In this document: piece after piece, positions 38,707 to 47,884 of the stretch
Numbering within the stretch: position 1 is the first letter of the stretch
How the letters are laid out: each line of letters opens with the position of its first letter
Virus record (IMG/VR): IMGVR_UViG_3300031994_000025
Coordinates: 1 to 64,000 of that record
Length of the DNA stretch: 64,000 nucleotides
Strand: one strand, 5' to 3'
Source of the DNA: a virus
Lineage: Duplodnaviria; Caudoviricetes
Notes under the pieces: generated by a model
What the model was told of the DNA's origin: nothing
What the model saw: the letters and a program-made list of their open reading frames with translations, nothing else
Databases searched by the model: none
Program-made: the position numbers and the translations under genes

Positions 38707-39174
38707 ATGAAAAGAATCAAAACCCCGCAGTCGCAGGGACGCGACTACAAGCAGATGCTGAAGGACTATTTCGGCAAGTTCCTCTATGGCCTTCAGGTGG
38801 AGCAAGACGGAGGCCGCGTGCTGGTGCAAATCGTCTATTACGACTTCAAGCACATCAGCACCGTGCGCCGCGAACTGGCACAGATGATGCCGGAGGTGGA
38901 ATTTACAAAACTGAAGCGCGACTTCACTGAGGATGCCGAATTATGGGCCCTGCGCCAACTCTACAACGGAGAGCGCGAAGACAGCAAGAACACTCCGATC
39001 ATCTACGTGCAGCGGGGCGACGCCCTTGTCAAGTCGTCGCTGCGCAACATCGCCCGCTCAGAACTGAGCCAGCTCGAAATCGAAGACGACGAAATCACTT
39101 ACCCCGACAACAGCCTGTTGCACTGCTTCCGCAAGTTCAGCGACAATCAGTTGGAGGAAAACTCGTGGGATTAA
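38707..39174 (+). CDS. hypothetical protein X (copy 2)
   Basis: Near-identical DNA to 21240..21707. Confidence 0.85.
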   Translation: MKRIKTPQSQGRDYKQMLKDYFGKFLYGLQVEQDGGRVLVQIVYYDFKHISTVRRELAQMMPEVEFTKLKRDFTEDAELWALRQLYNGEREDSKNTPIIYVQRGDALVKSSLRNIARSELSQLEIEDDEITYPDNSLLHCFRKFSDNQLEENSWD

Positions 39175-39191
39175 TGAAGGAGGACTGACGT

Positions 39192-39593
39192 ATGAGCAAG
39201 ACACGTATTTACCGCCTGAAGCTGATGGGCTGGCGGCTCTATCTGACCAACTGCCGCATGAAGAAGATGAACCCCTCTGCCGTCGCCCGCCGCTCGCAGC
39301 GCTACGGAGAGGCCATCACCTGTTTCAAGCATCGGCACTACAAGCAGAACGGCGGCACTTGCGACCTCTGCGGTAAGCCGATTGACTTCGACGAACTGCA
39401 GCTGCACCACGTGCTGCCCTTCGGTGAGTTCCCGCAGTACGGCACCAATCCCGCCAACATGGAGATAGCCTGCGCAGAGTGTCACCATACCCTGCACATG
39501 AACCCCTACGAGAACCTGCACCGCATGGAGCAGAAGGCCCGCGAGCTGGGGTTTGATTTGAGGGAGTATTATCTGAAAGAGAAGAAATGTTAA
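39192..39593 (+). CDS. HNH endonuclease
   Basis: CDLC...LHHVLP...NMEIACAECH..LH. Confidence 0.88.
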   Translation: MSKTRIYRLKLMGWRLYLTNCRMKKMNPSAVARRSQRYGEAITCFKHRHYKQNGGTCDLCGKPIDFDELQLHHVLPFGEFPQYGTNPANMEIACAECHHTLHMNPYENLHRMEQKARELGFDLREYYLKEKKC

Positions 39594-39694
39594 AAACGAC
39601 AGATGAATAGAAACTTTTTCGTTTCTTTTCTTGCAAAATAGAAACATTTTCGTTACCTTTGCAGCGTCTTTTAAGACAAACGTTCTTTATTATT

Positions 39695-39913
39695 ATGCGA
39701 TTCTCTGAGTTCTACAAGTTCATCGAGAGCCATAACTGGCATCTCGAAGGTGGTACAAACCATTACCGGTACGCCCACCCAGACTTCGACTACTCCATCC
39801 CCGTGGGTCGCCACCCGTCACAGGAGATAGGCCCGTGGCTTCTCGACAAGATGCTCCGCGAGACGGGGCTGAAGGAAGCCTACAGGGAGTGGAGGAAGAG
39901 AAAGAAAAAGTAA
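39695..39913 (+). CDS. hicA: HicA toxin
   Basis: W.L..G.NHY.Y.HP....IPVGRH.SQEI. Confidence 0.85.
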   Translation: MRFSEFYKFIESHNWHLEGGTNHYRYAHPDFDYSIPVGRHPSQEIGPWLLDKMLRETGLKEAYREWRKRKKK

Positions 39914-39990
39914 CGCGCGTCGGTCGGCCCGCCTTCAAGCGACGGGCTGACTTTAAGACACTGAATGAAAATCGGAAACAACGTCAATGA

Positions 39991-40392
39991 ATGAATATGA
40001 AAATTAAAGCGATTATCGAAAGAGGATCAGACGGTGGTTACACCGCTTTCTCCGACAGTGTGCCGATGGTGTATGCCAATGGTATGACAGAAGAAGAGGT
40101 AAGGCATGAGTTCCTGCAGATGATGCAGGAGCAGGCAGCGTATGTTGAGCAAAACAGCGGCGAGGCTCCGGCGTGGAAGGATGCCCAGGTAGAGTTCGTC
40201 TATGCCGTGTCGGCGCTGTTTGCTGCCTTCCCGTTTATCAACGTTTCGTCGCTGGCCGAGTGGATGGGCATCAACCCCTCGCTCATGCGAAAGTACAAGG
40301 CGGGGCTGGCCGTGCCGCGTGGCAAGAACCGTGAAATCATTCAGCGTGGCATCAACCTGATGGCAGAACGCCTGAGCCAGGTAAGCATTTAG
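39991..40392 (+). CDS. hicB: HicB antitoxin with C-terminal HTH
   Basis: AIIE.G.DGGY.A...G.T.EE; IN.S.LA..MGINPSLMRKY. Confidence 0.85.
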   Translation: MNMKIKAIIERGSDGGYTAFSDSVPMVYANGMTEEEVRHEFLQMMQEQAAYVEQNSGEAPAWKDAQVEFVYAVSALFAAFPFINVSSLAEWMGINPSLMRKYKAGLAVPRGKNREIIQRGINLMAERLSQVSI

Positions 40393-40586
40393 TTTAGAAG
40401 AATCGAATAAATTAAAGAACGCTGCGAGCCGCCTGTCTGAGAAGATAGGTGGCCCGCTTTATTTTTTTTGTACCTCAAATGTTAAATTTTAGGGGTCAAT
40501 GAAAAATAATCGGGAAAAGGTTTTGAAGGTAAATAAAAAGTTTGTATCTTTGCCGACGGAAATTAAGTATAAAACTACACGTTAAT

Positions 40587-41102
40587 ATGAATAAAACTAA
40601 GGTAACACAAGACACGCTCTATAAGTATCTGCTGGCCCACGACGTCATCCTGACGCGGCTGGCCGAGTTGAGCCACATCGATCAGAAGGTAGTATTATCA
40701 TGCTTCAAGCATCACAACAACTGGCACGGCAACCCCCGCCGGTTTAATGCCGAGCATATAAGTGCCATCAACCAGGCGCTGCCTCTGCTGGCCGACGAGT
40801 TGCGCAGCAGGCTGCTGATCTTTGGCAGTACGCAGACGTTTACCAACAGGCGGGGCAAGACCTACGACCCGGCGCTGGTGGAACCGATAAAGGAACTGGG
40901 TAAGTATCTGAATGTCATGTCGATGACTAAAAGGCTGCTGGGGTGGTCGATGCTAAAAAAGAATAATGTATTGAGCAACACCGCATCGAACATGTACGGC
41001 AATATCAGCCAGGCCGACACCGTAATCATCAACGCCGAGATACTGTCGGTGGCCGGGGTGCTCGACTGTTATGAGGTGGTGGCCGACGGCGATGTCGAAT
41101 AA
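40587..41102 (+). CDS. hypothetical protein, possible HTH regulator
   Basis: Own TATCTTTG promoter; LTRLAELSHI...V segment. Confidence 0.6.
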   Translation: MNKTKVTQDTLYKYLLAHDVILTRLAELSHIDQKVVLSCFKHHNNWHGNPRRFNAEHISAINQALPLLADELRSRLLIFGSTQTFTNRRGKTYDPALVEPIKELGKYLNVMSMTKRLLGWSMLKKNNVLSNTASNMYGNISQADTVIINAEILSVAGVLDCYEVVADGDVE

Positions 41103-41340
41103 GTATCAGTAGCGTGTTAAGATAGTATCAGTAGCAAGTTAAGGTAATACTACTTTGTTTTATGCTGCGGGCTTTCTTTTTAGAAAGTTCGCAGCATTGT
41201 TTTTTTTTGAAAGTACCATATATCATTTTCCATAATACTTTTTTTTTTGAAAACATGTGCGTGTCACGACGAGCATCCCGCGCCTCGCTGTGGCGGACGG
41301 CTGTCCGCGCCCTGATTGCCGTCTGGCGCAAATATGCTGC

Positions 41341-41387
41341 AAAGGTAGGGTGTAAAGGTAGGGTGCAAAGGTAGGGTGTAAAGGTAG
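41341..41387 (+). repeat. 13-bp tandem repeat AAAGGTAGGGTGY, about 3.6 copies
   Basis: Directly visible. Confidence 0.85.
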
Positions 41388-41488
41388 CCAGCCCATTCTT
41401 TAGATAATGTACGCGAAAGGAATATCACTTTTTCTGAAATCTTTACAAAATTTTCTGCCGTTTGTTTTGAAAGTAAATAGAAATTTTG

Positions 41489-41496
41489 TATCTTTG
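41489..41496 (+). promoter_or_regulatory. Bacteroidetes -7 promoter element driving the early region
   Basis: TATCTTTG with upstream TTTG. Confidence 0.7.
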
Positions 41497-41499
41497 CAA

Positions 41500-42085
41500 T
41501 AGTTCCAAACGAAACGAGAACGGAAACAAACAAACGGAACAAGCGAACTTTGAAATACTTACATATCCAAATAAAAAGCGAACGTATTTTTTAGTACGGC
41601 CGTGTAAAGCATACCAATGGGGTCATGTGCGAACGTGTAAGCGGAAACGAACTGCATGGGCAATAGTCATGGGGTCACGTGTGTGGGCGGCTGAAGTTCC
41701 CGATATACTGGGCAAAGGGCTGACAGATAGTAACTTTTATGTATGGATTATGTAATGGACAACGGCGGCAACGGCAAAGTATTGCTATTGTGCCCAGGTA
41801 GCCCGTAAAACGGCTAAAGCGGTAAAACGCTTGCATGGGTGCAAGGTAGTATCGAGCGGACTATAATGCAGTCGGTAGTAAACGAAAGGAATAGTACCCG
41901 CCACGACCTGACGTGATGTCAGATTAGCAGGGAAGGTCCGGGTAGGCACTATAGGCGCCAGCCTATAGGGACAAGTGTATATTGGAGTGAACTGAACTAC
42001 CGCCAGCAATGGCGGACACTATAACCCATAGAGTAAGTGAGCACTATCGGTGCAGGGGGATCGGCACCCCCCTATGGGCACAATG
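41500..42085 (+). ncRNA. putative large structured non-coding RNA or leader
   Basis: About 600 nt with no convincing ORF and a dense run of hairpins. Confidence 0.45.
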
Positions 42086-42121
42086 ACGCTTTTGTCAGAA
42101 TCATCAAAATCAATTAAAGTT

Positions 42122-42802
42122 ATGACACAGAATGCAGTGGTCATGGAGCAGACCGTAAACGCTCCCGCTATCAATGTAGAGAACAATGTCGAGAACGTAT
42201 TGGCTAACATGGAGGCTAACACCCCTGCTATCAGTCTCGACCTGTCATTCACCGCTATGAACAAGGCTCTGGGTGCAGTGTTCACCGAGACTATGAAGTT
42301 CAAGCAGGCCCTCCGTGTATTCGACGGCATGGGCTCCCTCATGGTTCCTATCAGCGACAAGAAGAAGATGAAGTTCGCCGACATCCTCGGACAGGTGGAT
42401 GTGAAGTATAAGGCCGGCCGTATCGACGTCGAGAGCCTGAAGAGCGCATGGAAGGTGTTCACCGAGGACGGCTACATGGCTATCTACCGGGGCGTGCCCG
42501 GCTACGAGGCCACCGAGGGCGACGAGAAAGGCCGCAAGGTCTACACATGGGACGAGAAGAAGAGCCAGTACATGGGTGTATCGGTGCAGAAGATTGTGGC
42601 TGTCGAGAAGTGGAATGCCCGCCTTATCCTGACCGGTATCCTGCAGGCTGCCTTCACCGAGAAGTTTGAGAAGATGGCCCAGGAAAGCCTGGAGGCATGG
42701 GACAAGTTCGAGGGCGAGCTCTATGTGTTCGACAAGGTGACCAACAAGGACGGCATCAGCAACAAGGCCAAGGTTATCCGCAAGAGCCAGGTGGAGTTCT
42801 AA
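42122..42802 (+). CDS. hypothetical protein, first early gene
   Basis: Strong codon bias; A-rich initiation region. Confidence 0.8.
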   Translation: MTQNAVVMEQTVNAPAINVENNVENVLANMEANTPAISLDLSFTAMNKALGAVFTETMKFKQALRVFDGMGSLMVPISDKKKMKFADILGQVDVKYKAGRIDVESLKSAWKVFTEDGYMAIYRGVPGYEATEGDEKGRKVYTWDEKKSQYMGVSVQKIVAVEKWNARLILTGILQAAFTEKFEKMAQESLEAWDKFEGELYVFDKVTNKDGISNKAKVIRKSQVEF

Positions 42803-42922
42803 TCTGGAGCCGGACTATCCGCAAGGTAACAGGGGAGCAGATATGGGCAGCGCCCTCTATGGGCGCAGGCGGGTTCGACTCCCGCCCCTTGTGCAAGTAT
42901 TAACATCTAAACGCAAGAAGAC

Positions 42923-43339
42923 ATGACAGAAAAAGCTATTATTGCACGAATGAGACAGATCCGCGAGAGCCGCACGTTTCATCACGTCAAGACCGTGACC
43001 AAACGCCAGGTGGTGGAGTACGAGAGCACTATGGTGGTCCGGGGTGGCCACAAACTGAAGGGAGCCTATCGCACCAGCCTTCAGGTGATGGAGGCCTATG
43101 AGCAGGAGGAGTGGGGCGGACTGGAGAGCCGCCGCCAGATGTTCGAGGCCGGCAAGGGAACGCGCTTCACTAAGCGCACCCATGTGAACACCGGAGCCCA
43201 CTATACGAAGAGCGGCGGTGTGACATCGACTAAGCGCCCGACGGCGCAGGGCGAGGTGTGCAGCGTGGGCAGGGTTATCACGGTGAAGCGGTTCAGCAAC
43301 AGCCGCCTGACATGTGTATGCAAGAGCGTGATGTATTAA
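42923..43339 (+). CDS. basic hypothetical protein
   Basis: 138-aa ORF. Confidence 0.65.
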   Translation: MTEKAIIARMRQIRESRTFHHVKTVTKRQVVEYESTMVVRGGHKLKGAYRTSLQVMEAYEQEEWGGLESRRQMFEAGKGTRFTKRTHVNTGAHYTKSGGVTSTKRPTAQGEVCSVGRVITVKRFSNSRLTCVCKSVMY

Positions 43340-43512
43340 GCGAGAGATAACTATCGGCACTACTGCGAGGAACCGACGGCAACGTCCATACGCAAGCCCA
43401 GACACTTGAAAGCCCACTTCTATAGGACTATCGGGAGGTGGTGAGCGGAGCGTGTAGGCAATCGGGACAAGGCTATCGGCAGGAAATGGTATGGCCGGGA
43501 AAATATATCGTT

Positions 43513-43692
43513 ATGGCAGAACGGGCACTACTGGTAAAGTTGCGCCCCAAGTTCCAGGAACTGCGGGACGCGAGAACGTATGACGAGGCAGGCGTGAAGC
43601 GCATCCTCATGAAGTTTGCACGCAGTATTGGGTGCAAGTGGAGCGACGCGAAGTTGCAGGCATTTATCGATCAATGCTTCAACTTCGACTAA
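43513..43692 (+). CDS. small hypothetical protein
   Basis: MAERALL start. Confidence 0.5.
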   Translation: MAERALLVKLRPKFQELRDARTYDEAGVKRILMKFARSIGCKWSDAKLQAFIDQCFNFD

Positions 43693-43775
43693 CGGACTAT
43701 CGGGCCTGCCCCCACGACGGAGGCGGGTCTTAATTGTGAAATCTATCAAAAAAAATATTTTCGGAGGGCAAACGT

Positions 43776-43994
43776 ATGAAGACTTTCCTGAAAATGATTG
43801 TGGCCGCTATCGTGGCCGTAGGTATGGCGTGTGTGCTGATTATGCACGGCGCGAGTGACAACCTTGTAATCGTGACGCTGTTTGCGACGGGTATCGCCGT
43901 GAGTGCGCTGCTGGGCGTGTATGACATGCCCGCTGAGCGCACGAAACACACGAGCCTGAAGGACGGGGCGCGCTCCTACGACCAGGCAGCGTGA
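43776..43994 (+). CDS. small two-TM membrane protein
   Basis: Two hydrophobic helices; ends in QAA. Confidence 0.65.
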   Translation: MKTFLKMIVAAIVAVGMACVLIMHGASDNLVIVTLFATGIAVSALLGVYDMPAERTKHTSLKDGARSYDQAA

Positions 43995-44080
43995 CCCCGC
44001 CCCTATCCCCGCCCCTGAGAGGGGTGGGGAACTATCAAGACAAACAAACATTCAAAATCAATAAAAAGCTACACAAGATT

Positions 44081-44224
44081 ATGGCAAAGATTATGCTGGG
44101 CATCGCCACCCTGTTTATTGGCGAGAAGGCTATCTGCGAGGCTATCGCAGCAGGTATGAACAACGAGGGCGCAAACGTCCGCGTGGAGAGTGTGAACGAG
44201 GGAGATGTGTTTAACGTGATATAA
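44081..44224 (+). CDS. small hypothetical protein
   Basis: MAKIML start with a leader similar to those of parA and rep. Confidence 0.5.
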   Translation: MAKIMLGIATLFIGEKAICEAIAAGMNNEGANVRVESVNEGDVFNVI

Positions 44225-44239
44225 TCAGGAGGACAAGTT

Positions 44240-44443
44240 ATGAAAATCAAGAAGATGGCCAGCGCCGCCAAGAAGAGCGCACGTATCGTGACTATGACCG
44301 CAGCCGTGGCTGCCAGTATGAACACCACTATGACCGCCGAGCAGAAGGCCGCTATGGAGTGCGCCTTTGCGGACATGGCGGAGGAGTACGGGCCCAAGGC
44401 TATCATCGTGGACCTGCACCCGTTCCACGGGTTTATCGCATAA
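44240..44443 (+). CDS. small hypothetical protein
   Basis: ORF in operon. Confidence 0.6.
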   Translation: MKIKKMASAAKKSARIVTMTAAVAASMNTTMTAEQKAAMECAFADMAEEYGPKAIIVDLHPFHGFIA

Positions 44444-44460
44444 AGGAGGGAGGAGTGACT

Positions 44461-44727
44461 ATGGCAAAGTTTGATTTCGGCGGATTCGTCCGCGAGTGCT
44501 ATCTGCGCTCTGAGCCGAGCGTGGATCTGAACAACGTGACCAGCGACAACCCCGTGAACTGCTCGAAGCACCGGCTGAGCACGGATGAGTATAAGCGCAT
44601 CCTCGTGGAGTACGGCGTGGCCGACGAGAACGAGAACCCTATCGACGGCAACCGAGACCGGCTTATCGGCTGCAATATGTGGATGCTCCAGAGCGGCCCG
44701 CAACTGTATGACCCTAAGGCTGCGTGA
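44461..44727 (+). CDS. hypothetical protein
   Basis: MAKFDF start; ends in KAA. Confidence 0.65.
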   Translation: MAKFDFGGFVRECYLRSEPSVDLNNVTSDNPVNCSKHRLSTDEYKRILVEYGVADENENPIDGNRDRLIGCNMWMLQSGPQLYDPKAA

Positions 44728-44903
44728 GTATCTATCGGCTTGCAGCCGAGAAATTATCAGACTGCCGCCTGTCGGCGGGAAATTCTAAAATAATGCGCTT
44801 CGCTTGTAAGAAAATTATAAGAAGATTTTTTCAAGCGTAGCGCATTTTCTTACCCCATTTTTTTACAATTTCCACCCGAAAGGGTGCTAAAACAAAATCA
44901 ATT

Positions 44904-45026
44904 ATGGCAAAGACTATCAACATCAACAAGACACGCAAGGCCATCGCCTATGCGTACCGCGTGAGTATCGACAATATCCCCGAGGCTATCGAGGATCAGT
45001 TTATAACCTACAGAAAAGCAGCGTGA
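44904..45026 (+). CDS. 40-aa peptide
   Basis: MAKTININ...RKAA* with A-rich leader. Confidence 0.5.
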   Translation: MAKTININKTRKAIAYAYRVSIDNIPEAIEDQFITYRKAA

Positions 45027-45029
45027 CCT

Positions 45030-45750
45030 ATGAAAACAATAACTATCAATCTGTACGAGTTCGGCGAACTGTCGGACGAGGTGCGCAAGGCTGTCGCGGA
45101 GCGTGAGTGCTGGAGCGTGATGAACATCGCTATGGAGTGCCGTGCGAGCGAGTACGAGGCTTCGCTGGATGAGTTCAAGAGTGCTACGGGCTACGGTGCG
45201 CGAGACTGGCGGGTGGGCTATTGTGAGCACGACTTCAGGCGCAAAGACCCTACAGACCCTGTGATGGGCGCGTATGACTATCCCCTTTATGGCGACGACA
45301 TCAAGGGACGGCTGCTGTGGCGGTGGTGTTACCGCTTTGTGCGCGACAACCGCAGGGGCGAGTGGCAGCACAGCAACTGGGACAAGAAGAAGCGTGTGCT
45401 CTACTGCAAACGTGGTGGAGCTGAGCGCAGGTCGCACATCATCATGGAGCCTATCACCGGCGGCTGGACGCCGTGGACGGGAGTGTACGGACTGCGCCCT
45501 GGTGGAGCCTATCGTGGACTTCTATCTGAACTACCACCGTGGCAAGTATCGTGAGGACTATACGCTGGAGGACCTGATAGACGACTGTCTGGAGAAATTC
45601 TTCAGCGAGTGGGAGAGTGAGTACAACGCCTATGGCGACAATGAGAACGGCATCGTGGAAGAGGACATCGAGGCCAATTCGGACGGCGACTGGTTCTATG
45701 CCGACGGCACGCGATTCACGGGAGATATTGACCAACTTGAAGCAGCGTGA
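45030..45750 (+). pseudogene. acidic early protein, frameshifted near 45483
   Basis: Frame switches between ...PWTGV and CTDCALVEPIV...; restoring one TG at GAGTGTAC joins the two frames. Confidence 0.65.
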
Positions 45751-45754
45751 GACT

Positions 45755-46990
45755 ATGGCAAACGAAGCAATGATGAAGCAATACCGCGACCTGAAGAGCA
45801 AGCATCCCGACGCGATGCTGCTCTTCCGCTGCGGCGACTTCTATGAGACGTATGAGGACGATGCTAAGGAGTGCGCCAAGGTGCTGGGCATCACGCTCAC
45901 TAAGCGTCAGAGCGACGGGGTAGCTATGGCGGGATTTCCCCACCATGCACTCGACACCTATCTGCCCAAGCTGGTACGCACGGGGCATCGTGTCGCTATC
46001 TGCGACCAACTGGACCCACCGCCAGGACCTAAGCGCAAGCGCGGCGAGACTATAGACAAGGCTGCGATTAAGCGAGAGCAGAGTGATGCTTGCATCGACT
46101 CTGCCGAGCGAGAGCAGGCTCAAACGAAGTTTAACAATTCTAACAATCAAAACAATTCGGAGGACAAAGTTATGACTAACGAGACAATGAAGGTGACCGA
46201 CCTTATCGGCAAGAGTGTGTGTAACGGCAATGCCAAGTATGTAATCAAGTCTATCAACGGCGACAAGGTGACTGTCGATTTCGCTATGGGCGACAATGCC
46301 GCCAAGGAAATGAACATGAAGACCGAGCAGATTGAGAAGCTGCTGCAAGGCGGGTGGACTGTGAGCGACGGCACGCAGGAGCCTACCGCCAAGCAGGAGC
46401 AGGCCAAGGCGGAGGAGCCGAAGGCCAAGACGGTGAAGATGGAGAAACCAAAGCAGGAGAATCCCAGGGCAGAGCAGCCGCAGGCTAAGGCTACTGACCC
46501 CACCCCTGGCCCCTCCCCTACAGGGGCGGGGAGTGCTGCCGCCAAGGGCAAGCTGACCTACTCGACCTATACGAACTCGAAGGGCAAGACGTGCGCCAAG
46601 ATCAGCGGGTTCGCCGAGACGGACGCTGCCTATCAGCAAGCAGTCAGCCTGCACGGATCGGCTTCCTACGAGAACACGAAGCAGGGGCGCGTGAACTTCC
46701 TGCTGTTCGGCCCACGCTATGCTGAGGTGGCCAAGACGGTATGCCAGATGCTCAATGAGGGAAAGGGCGTGGATGACTGCCAGGCCGTGGTGGATGCCGC
46801 TACCGAGGAGCGTGCGGCAAAGCGAGAGGAGCGCAAGCAGAAGCGTGAGGGTAGGGCGCAGACAGCCAAGGCGCAGACAGCCAAGCCGCAGGGCAAGACT
46901 TATACCGAGGCGGAGGTGGCCGACCTGATGCGCCGTGTCATCGCCGGCGACAAGGAGGCTATGGCTATCGTCAATGCTATGGCGGCGTAA
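45755..46990 (+). CDS. MutS domain I protein fused to an unknown domain
   Basis: MMKQY..LK.KHPD..LLFR.GDFYE...DA, AGFP.HAL..YL.KLV..G.RVAICDQ. Confidence 0.88.
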   Translation: MANEAMMKQYRDLKSKHPDAMLLFRCGDFYETYEDDAKECAKVLGITLTKRQSDGVAMAGFPHHALDTYLPKLVRTGHRVAICDQLDPPPGPKRKRGETIDKAAIKREQSDACIDSAEREQAQTKFNNSNNQNNSEDKVMTNETMKVTDLIGKSVCNGNAKYVIKSINGDKVTVDFAMGDNAAKEMNMKTEQIEKLLQGGWTVSDGTQEPTAKQEQAKAEEPKAKTVKMEKPKQENPRAEQPQAKATDPTPGPSPTGAGSAAAKGKLTYSTYTNSKGKTCAKISGFAETDAAYQQAVSLHGSASYENTKQGRVNFLLFGPRYAEVAKTVCQMLNEGKGVDDCQAVVDAATEERAAKREERKQKREGRAQTAKAQTAKPQGKTYTEAEVADLMRRVIAGDKEAMAIVNAMAA

Positions 46991-47080
46991 AGGTCTTAAC
47001 ACGAATTGCCACGAATTATCCATGAATTTTCAAAAATTATTTGTATCTTTGCACTCGTAATCATCTAAAGCGAGTGAATT

Positions 47081-47398
47081 ATGGAACAGAACAAGAGTTT
47101 TAACGAGCATCCGCATCCCTGTGTGGGAGTGATGTACCCCGCTTTCCTAAACGACGTGGATCCTGCCACGGGGCGCGACCTGCCTCCCGACGGCATGACG
47201 CTGGAGGAAATTGAAAGCATGGTGGTGACGGTCAATGAGCCCTTCGATATGTCGAAGGTTATCAACCCCGACGACTATCCACTCCCGAAGGAGGGGACGG
47301 TGGGATATGTGAAAGTAGAAAGAGAACATTATGAAGGACCAGAACTTAAACCACGATTGTTTAAAGTGGACGACTACAGGTTCGAGACTGTCGGCTGA
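47081..47398 (+). CDS. hypothetical protein
   Basis: Own TATCTTTG promoter. Confidence 0.55.
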   Translation: MEQNKSFNEHPHPCVGVMYPAFLNDVDPATGRDLPPDGMTLEEIESMVVTVNEPFDMSKVINPDDYPLPKEGTVGYVKVEREHYEGPELKPRLFKVDDYRFETVG

Positions 47399-47789
47399 GA
47401 CCTTTGGCAGCTATGCCCGCTCTATCGAGATGGACTGCAACATCTGTGTGATGACGGGCGACCGTGAGTTTACAGGTGTAAAAGCGCGTGGACTCTGGGA
47501 CACGGGTACGTCTGTCACTGTCATTACTCCGGCTATTGCCGCCAAGCTGCACATGGAACCGCTGGGTGGCTACTCTATGAATGGGCTGGGCGGTGTGCAA
47601 CAGTCGTGGCTGACGGTGGGATTCCTGCGGTTCCCTAATGGGGCGGTGTGGGGTCCTATCCACATGGCCGTGCATGATCTGCCCAATACGGACGTGCTGA
47701 TAGGCATGGACGTAATCAGCTGCGGCACGTTCACCATCCGGCGCAAGCCAGACGGCGGCACTCTCTTCACGTTCGACATGAACGTGTAA
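47331..47789 (+). CDS. retropepsin-like aspartyl protease
   Basis: LWDTGTS..VI and LIGMDVI motifs; start uncertain. Confidence 0.82.
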   Translation: MKDQNLNHDCLKWTTTGSRLSAETFGSYARSIEMDCNICVMTGDREFTGVKARGLWDTGTSVTVITPAIAAKLHMEPLGGYSMNGLGGVQQSWLTVGFLRFPNGAVWGPIHMAVHDLPNTDVLIGMDVISCGTFTIRRKPDGGTLFTFDMNV

Positions 47790-47884
47790 TCTTATCGACT
47801 ATCTATCAGTGCGGATGGCACGGACTTCTACATGAGGTCTGTGCCGTCTGCTTTTAGTATCAACAATTAAAAACAATTCAAGTT

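Noticed and set aside
21240-39174. Gene X duplicate as a template/variable repeat pair of a diversity-generating retroelement
   Set aside because: No reverse transcriptase in the window; the differences are few, synonymous and not adenine-specific.
42849-42865. Amber suppressor tRNA (CTA in the loop) implying genome recoding
   Set aside because: No D-arm and a non-canonical loop; long genes end normally at TAG and show no internal TAG.
45755-46990. Functional mismatch-repair mutS
   Set aside because: Only domain I is present, with no ATPase domain.
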